Shown: positions 1 to 11,450 of the stretch, one piece after another
Layout of the letters: every line of letters starts with the position of its first letter
Position numbering within the stretch: position 1 is the first letter of the stretch
DNA from: the human T2T-CHM13v2.0 reference genome, Homo sapiens
Length of the DNA: 64,000 bases
Assembly: GCF_009914755.1 (NCBI RefSeq)
Contig: NC_060926.1
Reading direction: 5' to 3' (one strand)
Notes under the pieces: generated by a model
What the model was told of the DNA's origin: nothing
Database searches by the model: none
The model's input: only the letters and a program-made list of their open reading frames with translations
Made by a program: the position numbers and the translations under genes

Positions 1-444
1 TTCTTGGAGAAGTAGCTTTGGCAGACAACCTGGCTTGGTCGGGCAGTAGGAAAAGGAGTAGACACAGGATATTCCCCTCTCGCTTCTTTTTCTTCTGCCG
101 CTGAGGGCATTTGTTCCTTTCTGGAAAATACCACTTGGTAAGGAGGAGGGTTATTTGGATCCTGGTGGGGGAGGGTGGTTAATAAAGCCGCCATCCTTGG
201 GATGGATTATTTTTCTTTCTTTCTTTCTTTTTTTCTTTCTTAAGAAGAATATTCTGGTTGTTCGCCTGCTTGGTAACCCTGACCCTGGCAGAAGAATGAG
301 GGAACTCATTGCTTCAAATTGTCGCCAAGCCCATTAGGCTACCTGAACTGTCTCAGAAAGTGCGGGTGGCTGCGTCGAACGGTTGTGGCTCAGAGGAAGA
401 GATTGGGGCCGGCAGCGACCTAGGTACCTCACTCTGGGTGGGAC

Positions 445-554
445 CCAGAGGTTGTAACGTTGTCTATATATACCCTGTAGAACCGAATTTGTGTGGTATC
501 CGTATAGTCACAGATTCGATTCTAGGGGAATATATGGTCGATGCAAAAACTTCA
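445..554 (+). ncRNA. MIR10B: pre-miR-10b hairpin (5p arm 471-493, 3p arm 510-531)
   Basis: Exact mature miR-10b-5p TACCCTGTAGAACCGAATTTGTG at 471-493 and complementary arm ACAGATTCGATTCTAGGGGAAT at 510-531; lies upstream of a Hox4 gene as expected for miR-10. Confidence 0.98.
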
Positions 555-740
555 CGTTTCTTCGGAATAGCCAGAGACCAAAGTGCGACATGGAGACTAG
601 AAGCAGCCGGCGCTGGTCAGCCGCCTCGTTCTGTTTTATTACCTTGGACTCCAGGAGGATCAGCTGCGCCTGGTGACATAGAGCAGCTTTTCCTCTCCAG
701 AAGCTCCTCACCTTTAAACAGAGTATCCTCTGGGTGCTGA

Positions 741-790
741 AAAGAAAGAAAGACAGAAAGAGAGAAAGAGAGAGAGAGAGAGAAAGAGAG
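741..790 (+). repeat. (GA)n/(GAAA)n purine-rich simple repeat
   Basis: aaagaaagaaagacagaaagagagaaagagagagagagagagaaagagag seen directly. Confidence 0.9.
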
Positions 791-1648
791 AATGCAAGCC
801 TAATTGGTTGCATGGATGCAGGGCCAAAGGGCTAGGTTTTGGGGTACTAGGGAGTGAGGTACAAGGCCAGCTTGCCCAGTCCCAGCTCTGCCCTCCAGGA
901 ACATGAGGTGCAAAGGTACCCAAATGGGGGCTTGCTTGTATTTGGGGCCTGTGGGAAGAAAGCAAGCTTCAAAGAAGCCCAGTGGGGAGCTCTAGGGTGC
1001 ATTTTGACAAGGTGGAGGTGCCCTTGCCACCATCCCAGCCCACCCCCAGCTACATGGGCAAGGGCAGCGAGGGCCCCCTGCTATTTTGGCAGGGCCCAGC
1101 TTTGGCTGGGAACCCCCGGGCCTGGGCACTGGTAGAAAGCATGGCGGTTACTCATTGCCTAATTTGATTCAAGCTGGCCAGATTCTGGTAACTTTTGGGT
1201 GACCCTGATGAAGACAAAGCCAGGACGGCGGCCTTTGTATGGCAGAATCCCTGCTCCCGCCGGCTGCAGGCAGGGCGGGCAGGCAGGAACCCTCCTCGCC
1301 TGGGGCACTCTGCCCAACTCAGAGGCGAGTTCACCCACCCACCTTTCATTGCTCTGTACCCCAATAGGAGGATTCATTCTCCCTTGAGCTGTGCCTACTT
1401 GGTGTCGGGGGGCGGGGGTTGCATTCAGCTGGGGGTGAGTGGAAGGGCCACGGAAGGTTGGCAAAATCAGTGGCAGACAAAAGCTGGGATTACCTGAGGG
1501 GAATGGGGTGCTGGGGACTGGAACTACATTAATATCTGGCAGGGGCTCTCAAATGTGCCATAGCAAGCTACTTGATTACACGTATGTTATTTAGTTAAAT
1601 TTGTGAAAATTATGAGATGCTCACCAACCCGGTGATAAACTTGCTCCC

Positions 1649-1675
1649 TCGCCATTGGCTGGCCTGGTCACATGG
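1649..1675 (+). promoter_or_regulatory. HOXD4 proximal element: overlapping YY1/NF-Y-type site (TCGCCATTGG) plus E-box (GGTCACATGG)
   Basis: Motifs at 1649-1658 and 1666-1675; the arrangement resembles the NF-Y/USF module described for the HOXB4 promoter (inference by paralogy). Confidence 0.6.
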
Positions 1676-1775
1676 CTGCCCAACTTTATTCAGTTGACAG
1701 CAAGTAGGAGGGCCCTATGGAAGGAGAAAAAAAGACAACACGAGAAAAATTAGTATTTTCTACCTTCTGAAATTA

Positions 1776-2208
1776 ATGGTCATGAGTTCGTATATGGTGA
1801 ACTCCAAGTATGTGGACCCCAAGTTCCCTCCGTGCGAGGAGTATTTGCAGGGCGGCTACCTAGGCGAGCAGGGCGCCGACTACTACGGCGGCGGCGCGCA
1901 GGGCGCAGACTTCCAGCCCCCGGGGCTCTACCCACGGCCCGACTTCGGTGAGCAGCCTTTCGGAGGCAGCGGCCCCGGGCCTGGCTCGGCGCTGCCTGCG
2001 CGGGGTCACGGACAAGAGCCAGGCGGCCCCGGCGGTCACTACGCCGCTCCAGGAGAGCCTTGCCCAGCTCCCCCGGCGCCTCCGCCGGCGCCCCTGCCTG
2101 GCGCCCGGGCCTACAGTCAGTCCGACCCCAAGCAGCCGCCCTCCGGGACGGCACTCAAGCAGCCGGCCGTGGTCTACCCCTGGATGAAGAAGGTGCACGT
2201 GAATTCGG
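1776..2208 (+). CDS. HOXD4: Homeobox protein Hox-D4, coding exon 1
   Basis: [23 protein letters not shown] (Hox4/Dfd N-terminus) and YPWMKK hexapeptide; donor G|GTAAGG at 2209, phase 1. Confidence 0.98.
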
Positions 2209-2317
2209 GTAAGGCTAGGGTCCAGTAACCTTTCTGTCCACATCCCAGCCCGTTAGCCTGGGTCCTCTGGAAGGGGGTGCGAGTAGGTGGGGGCGTGTGG
2301 AGCTTCCATGGGCGCCG

Positions 2318-2346
2318 CAATTACTCTCCCCATAAATTTTTATAGC
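2318..2346 (+). promoter_or_regulatory. HB-1-like intronic homeodomain-site cluster of Hox4 genes
   Basis: CAATTACTCTCCCCATAAATTTTTATAGC is an AT-rich island (ATTA, CCATAAA, TTTAT) in a GC-rich intron; it resembles the conserved Hox4 intron HB-1 element as I recall it. Confidence 0.65.
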
Positions 2347-2749
2347 TGAGGGAGCAGGTCAGGACCATGTGGCTGGCTGCTCGGCTGTGGGCGCAAAAGG
2401 GGGTGGGGATGGGGGGGTGGGGGAGGACTCCATTTTCAGAGCAGGGGGAAGGCTGTGGAGGAGCGGGGGATTTCCAAAATGCTTGAGGGTTCCGGACCTG
2501 GTGGTGGGCCCAGAAGAAGGAGCACATTTGGGGATCCCGCAAGCCTGGGGTATGTGGGTGTGTTTGAGGAGGTGGGTGGGAGTGAGCGTGTGCGCCGGGG
2601 AGAGGGCGGGAGGGAGGAAGCAAGCGAGCTTGGGAGCGCGCGGGGAGGGCCGCGGGCCTCGGGGCGCGCCAGGAAGTGAGCGGCGGAGGCGAGGGGCCTA
2701 ACTAGTGGCCGGGCGCTGACCTGCCTGTCCTGTCTGTTTTGTCTCGCAG

Positions 2750-3084
2750 TGAACCCCAACTACACCGGTGGGGAACCCAAGCGGTCCCGAACGGCCTACA
2801 CCCGGCAGCAAGTCCTAGAACTGGAAAAAGAATTTCATTTTAACAGGTATCTGACAAGGCGCCGTCGGATTGAAATCGCTCACACCCTGTGTCTGTCGGA
2901 GCGCCAGATCAAGATCTGGTTCCAGAACCGGAGGATGAAGTGGAAAAAAGATCATAAGCTGCCCAACACTAAAGGCAGGTCATCGTCCTCATCTTCCTCC
3001 TCATCTTGCTCCTCCTCAGTCGCCCCCAGCCAGCATTTACAGCCGATGGCCAAAGACCACCACACGGACCTGACGACCTTATAG
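2750..3084 (+). CDS. HOXD4: Hox-D4 coding exon 2 (homeodomain)
   Basis: Acceptor tgttttgtctcgcag|; [58 protein letters not shown]; 433+335=768 nt = 255 aa + stop. Confidence 0.98.
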
Positions 3085-3349
3085 AAGTGGGGACCCTGGG
3101 CCCATCTCTCCCTGCGCACCAGGCTGAGCCGAAGCTGCGGGGGCAGGCCGGGCCTGCTGTCACCTCGCTGGGCTCTAAGGTACTGTGGGGTGGACCTGGG
3201 ACAAGCAGGCCGCCCTCGGACTAGGTTAGCATCCTGCCCGAGGGCAGCCCCCTCCCTAGAGCGGGATGGGGATGGGAGGGGGGGCGGGATTCTCTCTCTA
3301 AGTATATTATATGGCAGGAGCTACTGAGAACATAAAATCTTGGCGAGTC

Positions 3350-3355
3350 ATTAAA
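3350..3355 (+). terminator. HOXD4 proximal poly(A) signal ATTAAA
   Basis: ATTAAA about 265 nt after the stop codon, followed by U/GU-rich sequence. Confidence 0.65.
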
Positions 3356-5114
3356 CTTATGAAAATCACCGCTCTTGGATTTTGAATTTGCAAATGAAGG
3401 TTGGATGCTTTATCCCACTGTGAATTTGGACATTCTCCCCCACTCCACCCCTCCAGGGTGCTTTGTGGCTTAATAATGTGGGGGAGTTGAGGCAGAAGGT
3501 TGGCCACCCCTGTGCTAGGTGCTTTCAGTGGAAGCCAGAGAGCTGGGTCAGGATTTCTGGACTTTCTGGGTTGTCTATGGAATTTCATGTGATTAAAAAA
3601 TATATATTTTGCTCCCAGTGGCCCCACCTCCAAAGAAATGGGTCTAAGAAGGAAGTAAAAATGGGTTATTTTATGTTTAGATATTTGCTTAAATATTTAT
3701 TTGTTGGGAAATGTGGTACAGAAATAACTGACACCTTCATGCCAAAAATCTTAAAAAGGTGAAAGGGGCTGAACTTCAGGGAGCAGAATCAGAGATATGT
3801 GCACTTACTTCTGAACTCCACCCCTCCCCACTCTCTGGAAATGTATATAGGGGGGCCTTAACCCTTCCAGAAGGAAGCAAAGGATTCACTCAAAGTTGCA
3901 TTCTTGAAAATATATTTCCACATGTGTTTTTTTCAGCACTGTGCTTACAACCAGTTCTGGGTGATTAAAGGAAAGGGAAAAAAACCAACAAATGGTCCAA
4001 CATTTTCCTTCTGGGGAAAGAAAACAAAACCTCTATGCACTGGGTCATTAGATAATGACTGAATTTTCTGTTCCAACTGGATTCCAAATGCCCTAAATAC
4101 CCTCATATAGCAGTGTTTTACAGGAATTAGTGTATGGCCCGTGTAGGGGAGGGGCTGTGCAGTGGGGAGAAAGTGGGAAGGTGAGGAACTCTTGCTTTAA
4201 GAAGGAAAAAAAAAAAACCCTAATTGAATCTAGAAGTCCACAAAAGTTAGCCTTAGAGTTTTTTTCCCCCTGAAGTTTTAATTTTTTTAAAAACCAAATC
4301 TAAGGAAGTTTTCCTCAGCTCATTAATTAGAAGCAGAATTTGTAAAAGTATAAAAGTTTTCAAGCACTCGTCTTTGCCTTGAGAATAGTGGTTTTTTAAA
4401 GAATCACTCTCAACAGGGGAGATGTCCTCTAGTCGTTTTTCTTCTGCCTCTCCTGGGAAGGGTTCAAAGTTCATTTTTCTAAAATGCTGACCCTCAAGCA
4501 TAAGGAGGAAGAAGTCAAAGTTAATGGCCAGAGTTCATATACTCAGATGAAACCAGTCTTCCCAAGGCCTCAGGCTCCAAAAAAGGTTGTAGCTATCAAA
4601 AAGTGACCAAAGTGGGAAAGGGAGAAAGGATAAGCTTAAAATTTAATTTTAAGATCCAGAAGGGGGGTATTTTTTTCAGTACTTCAAAAACACTTTAGAA
4701 GGTTTCTGTTGTAATTTAAAAAATATATTTAAGTGGGAGGGAAAAAAGAGTTTCTCTGTAGGCTTGTTCTTTGGCTGTGTCTCCTGAGAGCTGAGGGCAG
4801 GTATTCACTGCAGTCCCTAGGCTGAAATTCCGCTTCTCTGAAGTGTCTTCCAAGCCTTGGTCTTTTGTATTAGACCCTGGGGACTGCTCTTTGTTTCTCC
4901 TTGGGGTGAGCCTGGCTCTCAGACTTGCACATGGCAATACTTGAATGTCACCACGTCGGGATATTAAAGATGGATATTCGTGCATTATTCACATCATTGT
5001 TTCTATGACAAAAAGCACAGAGTTCATACATAGTCAAGACGTCTTTTTTCTGACGCCCTCACGTTGAGAAGCTGAAAAGGTATTTTACCGAAGTTCGGGT
5101 AAATTACAGAATCA

Positions 5115-5131
5115 GGTTCATCCAGAGGACA
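5115..5131 (+). promoter_or_regulatory. DR5 retinoic-acid response element of the HOXD4 3' neural enhancer
   Basis: GGTTCA tccag AGGACA; type and position match the known Hox4 3' RARE. Confidence 0.85.
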
Positions 5132-6197
5132 AATTTTCTATTTGATTAGCTGTATTTCAGCCGGGAGGACTGACCTCTAAACCCCTAACCTTTTGGACTC
5201 TAACTACCCTTCTCTTCTTTTTTCCTCTCTAACATGGAGAGCAGTCTTTGGATGTACCATTTGAAAGGAGCCGCTATCCTTAGGCAAGTTGGAAAGTTGC
5301 TAAGCTGCTTTCCTAAAACCCAAATCTGTCTATACATTGAACCTTCTCTTTGAGAAGGGGAAAAAGGTATATATTTTCACAACATCCAATTACATATATA
5401 TAATAGAGATTTGTTGTATAGATTTTCCCCCACCTCAGAAGTTCAGGTTACTCACCCCCAGTTTCATACCAAATGCCACACAGGCTTAACTGACTGCATC
5501 CCTGCCCCAGAGGAAAGCCAAGAAACATGTTTTCATGAGGAAAACCCAAGCTCCTTCTCAAACATAGCCCCACTACTTTGGAAAGTAACTTAATCAGAGA
5601 AACAACTTCTTTGTTTATAAGTCTCAGCTCTCCTTCTCAGCTTGGAGGGATTCTTTTGAAATGTTAATGGAGCCTGGATGGCCCAGAGTGCAGCCCCCAA
5701 CCCTGAGGTCCCAGTCGGACCCCAGCATCCATTTGGGCCCACAGGAGTGGGCCAGGGAAGGGGTAGGGCCCCGTAACCACTTAGGGCAGGGAAGGAAATG
5801 GGTTTCCATCTGAGAACGTGCTTTGGAGAAAGCTAGGTGTGGAAAAGCTCCAATGCCCATTTGCTATTATTTGTTTCCAGTTTGTTCCTTTAAATATGAG
5901 CCAGAAGTGTTTGTGTTGGTGTTTTAAAAACAAAAACAAAAACCGTGTTGGGGTCCTGACTGGGGGAGGGGGAGAGTGAAGTGTTTGCTGAGGACATTGC
6001 TCCTCTGACTCCCATCTCACTTTGTCCATCGCAGCCTTTTGTTGGGAGATGACACTGTCAGTCAGCCCATGATGTCTGTTCACACGAGATGCTTTTTTAA
6101 TAGAATTGACCAATGTTTTGCTGCCACTGATTAAAGTATTATTTATACTAATTGTTGCTTGTAGTTTTGATGTAATTCATTGATCTATATTTAAAAT

Positions 6198-6203
6198 AAT
6201 AAA
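6198..6203 (+). terminator. Candidate distal HOXD4 poly(A) signal AATAAA
   Basis: AATAAA at the end of an AU-rich stretch with upstream TGTA elements and downstream tgtttggtg. Confidence 0.5.
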
Positions 6204-7329
6204 AGGTGTAGCAAAATCTCCCTCCTGTTTGGTGCCTTAACAGAAGCATTCATCCTTTGTTAAGTCTTCTAAAAGCTAACATTTAACATAAACAAGTTAT
6301 TATTTTCTGCAATAAATTAGGCACCATTTTTTGGGGGGTGCCTAAAGTGTGAAGGTTAAACCATGTAAGGCTTAGCAATTCTATTATTACCACCTCCTTA
6401 ATGTACACACACTCCCAGTTGGCCACCATATTTTGTGAGCATTGGGAAGCCTGGGGTTGAATTCAGGGTACAGAGTGTTGGGTGTTAATTTTTTGAAGAA
6501 AAAGTAATTGCCCAGGTTAATAGGGGGATCCAGGTTGGCATTCTGCTGGGCCCGGGCCAGGCCCCAGACCTTTTTGGTCTGGAAGCCCTCAGAGGAAGTC
6601 TTTGGGAAGTGGTGGATGAGACACCTTACTGGTCCCCCACCCCTAAGGCAGGGAGAGCGTGCTGGGTTCTGGGCCGAGCTGAGGCTCCTGGGTGGCTGCT
6701 CTGACCTGACCCCCGGGCCTCCACTCTTGGGCTTCTACTTTTCCAGTACTGTTAAGCTCCTGTGGGGACTCCAGCACCTGCCCCTCCTTCTTCCGCGCCC
6801 CCTCCACCCCTCAGACAACAATAAACACTCCCCACTATAAAAAGTGCCCTGCACTACATTTACCGCAAGGGCTTCTTTACATCTTGGCCTCGCCTTGAAG
6901 AAGGGGCCAAGACAGGAGTCCCAAAATAGATGGGGGTGCTTGTTCCAGACAGGAAATGAGCAGAATGCATAAAATCAGACATCTGTCCTTAATATATGGA
7001 AGGGCTTGCCCCAGACGCGTGGACATGTGTATTTATAAGTGCGCAGGCAGAAGTTTAAATATTCAGACACATTTTATGATTGTCCTCTGCCCGTCTTCTG
7101 CTTAATGGCTCCTCCCGTGCCCACCAATACATCAATACCGTTGTGTGTATTGAATCGCGGGCAGGGATGAGGAGGAAGCGAGTCCATAGCAGAGCCCGCT
7201 GAGTATAGAGTACAGTAAATCGGGACCCTCGGCGGACGGCGCTTCCCGCCCGCCTGCCCGCCATGTTGGGGAGCCCTCCCTGCCCCCCGCGCCGGGCTGG
7301 GCGGCCGGGGCTCGCTGGCAGCCGGGGGA

Positions 7330-7600
7330 GGGCCTTTCATAACCCGGAGAATTTTCTAAGTGCGAGGAAGATGATAAGAATAGATTTCTACAAGTCCCGA
7401 CCACGTGATTGGCGAAATAATTAATTCAGCACGTCCCTTAAGAAACACGGAGTCGTCATTAATCTGCCACGCAAAGGGCTCTCTCCGACTTGGAAAGTGC
7501 AGGGATCCCAAGAATATCACCCGTCCAGGGGGGCCGCGCGGTGCCCCCGGCCCTCCACCCCCGGCCCCCGGGGGGCGCGGGAGCGCGGCCGCAGGTAAAT
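7330..7600 (+). promoter_or_regulatory. CpG-island promoter and candidate non-coding first exon of HOXD3
   Basis: CCACGTGATTGG (E-box fused to inverted CCAAT) at 7401-7412, TAATTAAT nearby, donor CAG|GTAAAT at 7595, CpG-rich context. Confidence 0.6.
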
Positions 7601-7787
7601 ATTTTGGCAACTTTTATTTCATCAGATTTAAATCCTTAATGAACTTAGCTGTCACGGCCGCTGACAAATAGTTCCCTTTGCTTCCTGATTTGGAACTGCG
7701 CGCCGGCGAGAAGTTGTTAGTGGCTTGGATGGTGACCTTTGGTTCAGCAAAGCTTTGCACTTATGAAAAATTACTGAGAGCGGCCGA

Positions 7788-7880
7788 GTGTGTGTGTGTG
7801 TGCGTGCGTCCGCGCGCGCGCTTGTGTGTGTGAGAGAGGGAGAGACAGAGACAGAGACAGAGATAGGGAGAGGGTGTGTG
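7788..7880 (+). repeat. Compound microsatellite (TG)n-(CG)n-(TG)n-(GAGACA)n
   Basis: Seen directly. Confidence 0.9.
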
Positions 7881-9199
7881 TGCGAGGCGCTAGGGTGCCA
7901 GGGGGCGAGGGGTGAGGGGCGAGGTGCACGCGGGCTGCTCCAAGACAACAGGAGTTGTAAAAAACCGGCCCGGCTGGCGGACGCGCCTGGCGCACGCGGG
8001 CCGAGGTTGCCTGGTCGCCTGTGTCTACCAGGAACAATGGTCGCTGTCACGGCATCTGCCGCCTATTCTTAAACCGGTGAGAAAAGGCCCTGGCCCTCTT
8101 TTCAAGCGAGGGTCGTAAATTTTTCTTTGCGTCATAATAGAAGGCTATAAAATCGAGTTGAAATTTTACCCCAGGCAGGTTTTAACCAACAGATAATGAT
8201 TTCCGAGTTGCCTCTCCCCCCGCTCCTCTCTCCCCACCCAAGTTCTGCTGCCTCTGTCACCCCAGCGAGTTTCTTCTTCTTTCCCGTTTATTTTTGTGTT
8301 TGTATTTTTTATTTCTATTTTGGAAGAGCTAAAATAAACGCGAGAAGAAGTCCCTGCAGCCCGAGTGGGAGACCCCGGGGCGACGGGAAGCCTGGGGAAA
8401 GGAGGATGGGGGAGAGGCCAGTGCGGGCTGCAGAAGGCTGTTTCTCTGCTCGCTCCCGTTTCTGCCTTTTTTCACCGGCACTCCAAGAAAATTGGGTGTC
8501 CTAAGAGCCACTCCGCTCCGTTCCACCCCATCCCCAGCTTGCCAGGGTCGTGGGCTGGGGCAGTAGCGAGCATTCTTTTCTTCCAGCTTGCAGCTCCGAC
8601 CCGGGCGCCTCTTCATTCGCCTCCTTCCCTCTTGTTGCTGTGAGATACCTCCATTGGCTTTCAGAATGATTTCAGCGAGCAGGGGCTGGCTGCGCGTGGT
8701 GGTTGTTTTGGGATTATGTGTGCGTGTGTGTTTGTGTGTGTGTGTGTTTTCATTTATTTTTTGGTGTGTGTATATTTCCCCGTCAGGACAGAAACAAAGT
8801 TTCCCCCATTATGAATTATACATTCAAACAATAACACATTAATTCAATTATTCAAAGATGACAAATGTTTATGTGCTTTGCGAGTGACTCGGGCGCAGAT
8901 TCCAGGCGCTTTCTCTGAGCTGCTTGCATTTTTCTCAATGAGAATCGTCTCCCCTCCCACCCCCCCCACTCCAACCCACTCCAACCCACCTAGATATCCC
9001 CTTGTAGGCCCAGAGAGGAACCCACAAAAAGCTTCCCCAGCCCTGCTGGCAGCCCGGCAGCCAACAGCCTCCCAAGGCCCCGGCTTGGCGGGCACTGGCC
9101 CGGGCTATTTTATCAGTGTGACAATTGCCCGGGTTGGTGTGATAAATCATCGTAAGTAATTCCTGAAAGGGTGCGAGACTGTTGGGGGCCGGGCGAGGA

Positions 9200-11450
9200 C
9201 TGTAAATCTTTCCGGTTTATTGCTCTATGAACATATGCTCCGATTGAAGAAGGCTTAGATCCTTTCCTGGAGACAAATTCCCGCAAAGCAGCCCCCCTCT
9301 TTGGCTGGGGATTAACACTTGCTGCTGGCCGTCGGCTCGGCCTCTGGCAAGAGGCTAGGGGGCGGGGTCCTCCGGGTGGGGGTGGGCTGGGGTCACCCAC
9401 GATCCGGCTTCGAGAGACGCCCCGAGTGGGCCTCTGGCCAGGCCCGGCCAGGTGAACAAAAGGATGGGCTCGTAGACGGTTCTGGGGGCTCGGGCCTCCA
9501 GGACATTCCTGCGCCTCTGGAGTGGGGATGCGGTGGACCTTACCCACTCCTCTGGGGCTCTTCTATGGCTGCTGGGCACTTTCACCGGTCTCAGACCCTG
9601 CAATCAGCAACAGAGCATTTCACTGTGCCTGATGCCGCTGAGCAGAGCTGGCAACGAAACCAAAACTTCGGGGATAGGGTGGAGAGTTCCCCGTGGTGCG
9701 GGATTCCCGAGTGTGGCCCCGGCTGGGGGAGGGTCTTGGGCGCTCATTACAGGCCAGGAGGTCCGCTGCTGGCGCTGGCACGCTTAATTCTTTTTTCCCA
9801 CATTGCAGAATCATTCCCACCAGCCACTCGGAGAGTGGTGGGAATCTGTCTTGGTTTAATATTTCTAAAATATAAGTTTCATTGTCCCCCAGGTTAGCCC
9901 AGCCAGGACTCATTGCGCAGTCCTCCTCGCCTTCCTGGAGGCGCCGCAGGAAGCGGGAAGTCGCGGCTTGGCGGTTGCTGGGCCTGTGGGATCTGCGGGT
10001 CCTGCCCAGACCTGGAGTCGCACAGATCACGGCGGGCAGTGGCTCAGCGCCTAGGCGGCTCCAGGCCTCGAAGGACCAGGTTGGGGTGCTCAGGGATCAG
10101 AGAGGGGAGGTCGCTCTGGGTCCGGGTCGCCTGCTACGCGCCTTTTCTGTCTCAGAAGTGGCGGTGACTCGGCTGCTGAGTCCGCGGAACGAGCCACGGA
10201 ATGGTGGTGGTGGCGGGGTTTTCTGAGGTGACTGGCCAGAGCTGAGAGTCGCGGCTTCCACCTTTGGGCCGGAGCGGGTCCTCGCCCTGGGAGGAGCTGG
10301 GCGTCGGCCTCCGCGGCGGGGAGGCCGCCTTGCCGGGGTGCATGAGGCTGCGGAGTACTCCGCGGGCCCGGGAAGCTAGGGGTACCCTCAGCCTCTGCTG
10401 CTCCACGGCAGTCTCCAGAGACGCTTCTAAGAGAGGCAGTTTCTAAAATTTCCAGCTCCCGGACCAGTCTGGCGGAAGGCCCAGCCAGGGTCAGAGGTCG
10501 TTGTGGGGAGAGACTCTCAACGCCCCCAACCCACTGAGGGCGGCCAGGCCAAGACTGAGTCGGCCCGGAGCTGCGAAAATGTGTTCTTTCCTTCCGCCCC
10601 ACACCCATCCGCGTCTGCCCCAGGAATGGGGCCCAGGTCCCAAGCCTCCTGCGCCCTTCCTTCCAGCCCCCAGGCTTGGCTGCGCTCCGGGACTGGGTGG
10701 CGTGAAAGTTTCAGCCTCAATCAGTACAAGCTTCCCTCGGGGTCACGTGAACAAATATGCTTGCATTTGAAGGCAGCGTCTGTATTTCCCGACTATGAGG
10801 GGGTTTCCGGGGCTCTCTCCAAATCCAGAAACGACCACGTTCCGCAAGCAAAACAAATCCCAAGCTCTGGGGGGCCTGGGAGGGCTGGGCAGAAACCCAG
10901 GAGTGGGTGGGGGCGCGGGTGGCTGCCGCTCTGGGCCCGAGAGCGGACGGGCGGGCGGGTGGACCGATGGGCGCGCAGCGCAGGCGAAGCCAGCTCGGGG
11001 ACTACGAACTCGTTCCTCCTGCGTTTATTGGTAGTTGAACCTCAGCCTGGTTCCGTTCTACCGGGAATTCCGTGTGCTCGAGTATATGGCCGTGTCTGCG
11101 AGCGCGCAAGACCAGGGTTGGGACAGTGTTGTCTGCAGACAAAGGGGGAAGGCTAGCTCTGCCCCCCACTGGCGCCCACTCTGAGGCCGAGGACACCAGG
11201 TTTATGATAAATTGGGATCCAGGTAAGCAATTGCATGACAAAATGGAAATCTTTGGGCACGGGGCTGCTTGCCGCCCTGAGCGGGATATTAAATATGATT
11301 TATTTTGTGTAATCTGTGATCTTGATTATTGCCAATTGGTGAGGCAGCCCGCGTAGACCTAGATACACTGCTACATATACATGGAGGACGGTGATTAATC
11401 GTAACAAGGCGCGCTTTGTGGGGACGTTCCCCGCCTACCAAAGGGTTAGG
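9200..11450. other. CpG-rich region within the HOXD3 upstream transcription unit
   Basis: Visibly high GC and CpG density; not computed. Confidence 0.7.

Noticed and set aside
9113-11156. Many 100-217 aa ORFs on both strands
   Set aside because: CpG-island composition artefacts; no recognisable domains or coherent exon structure.
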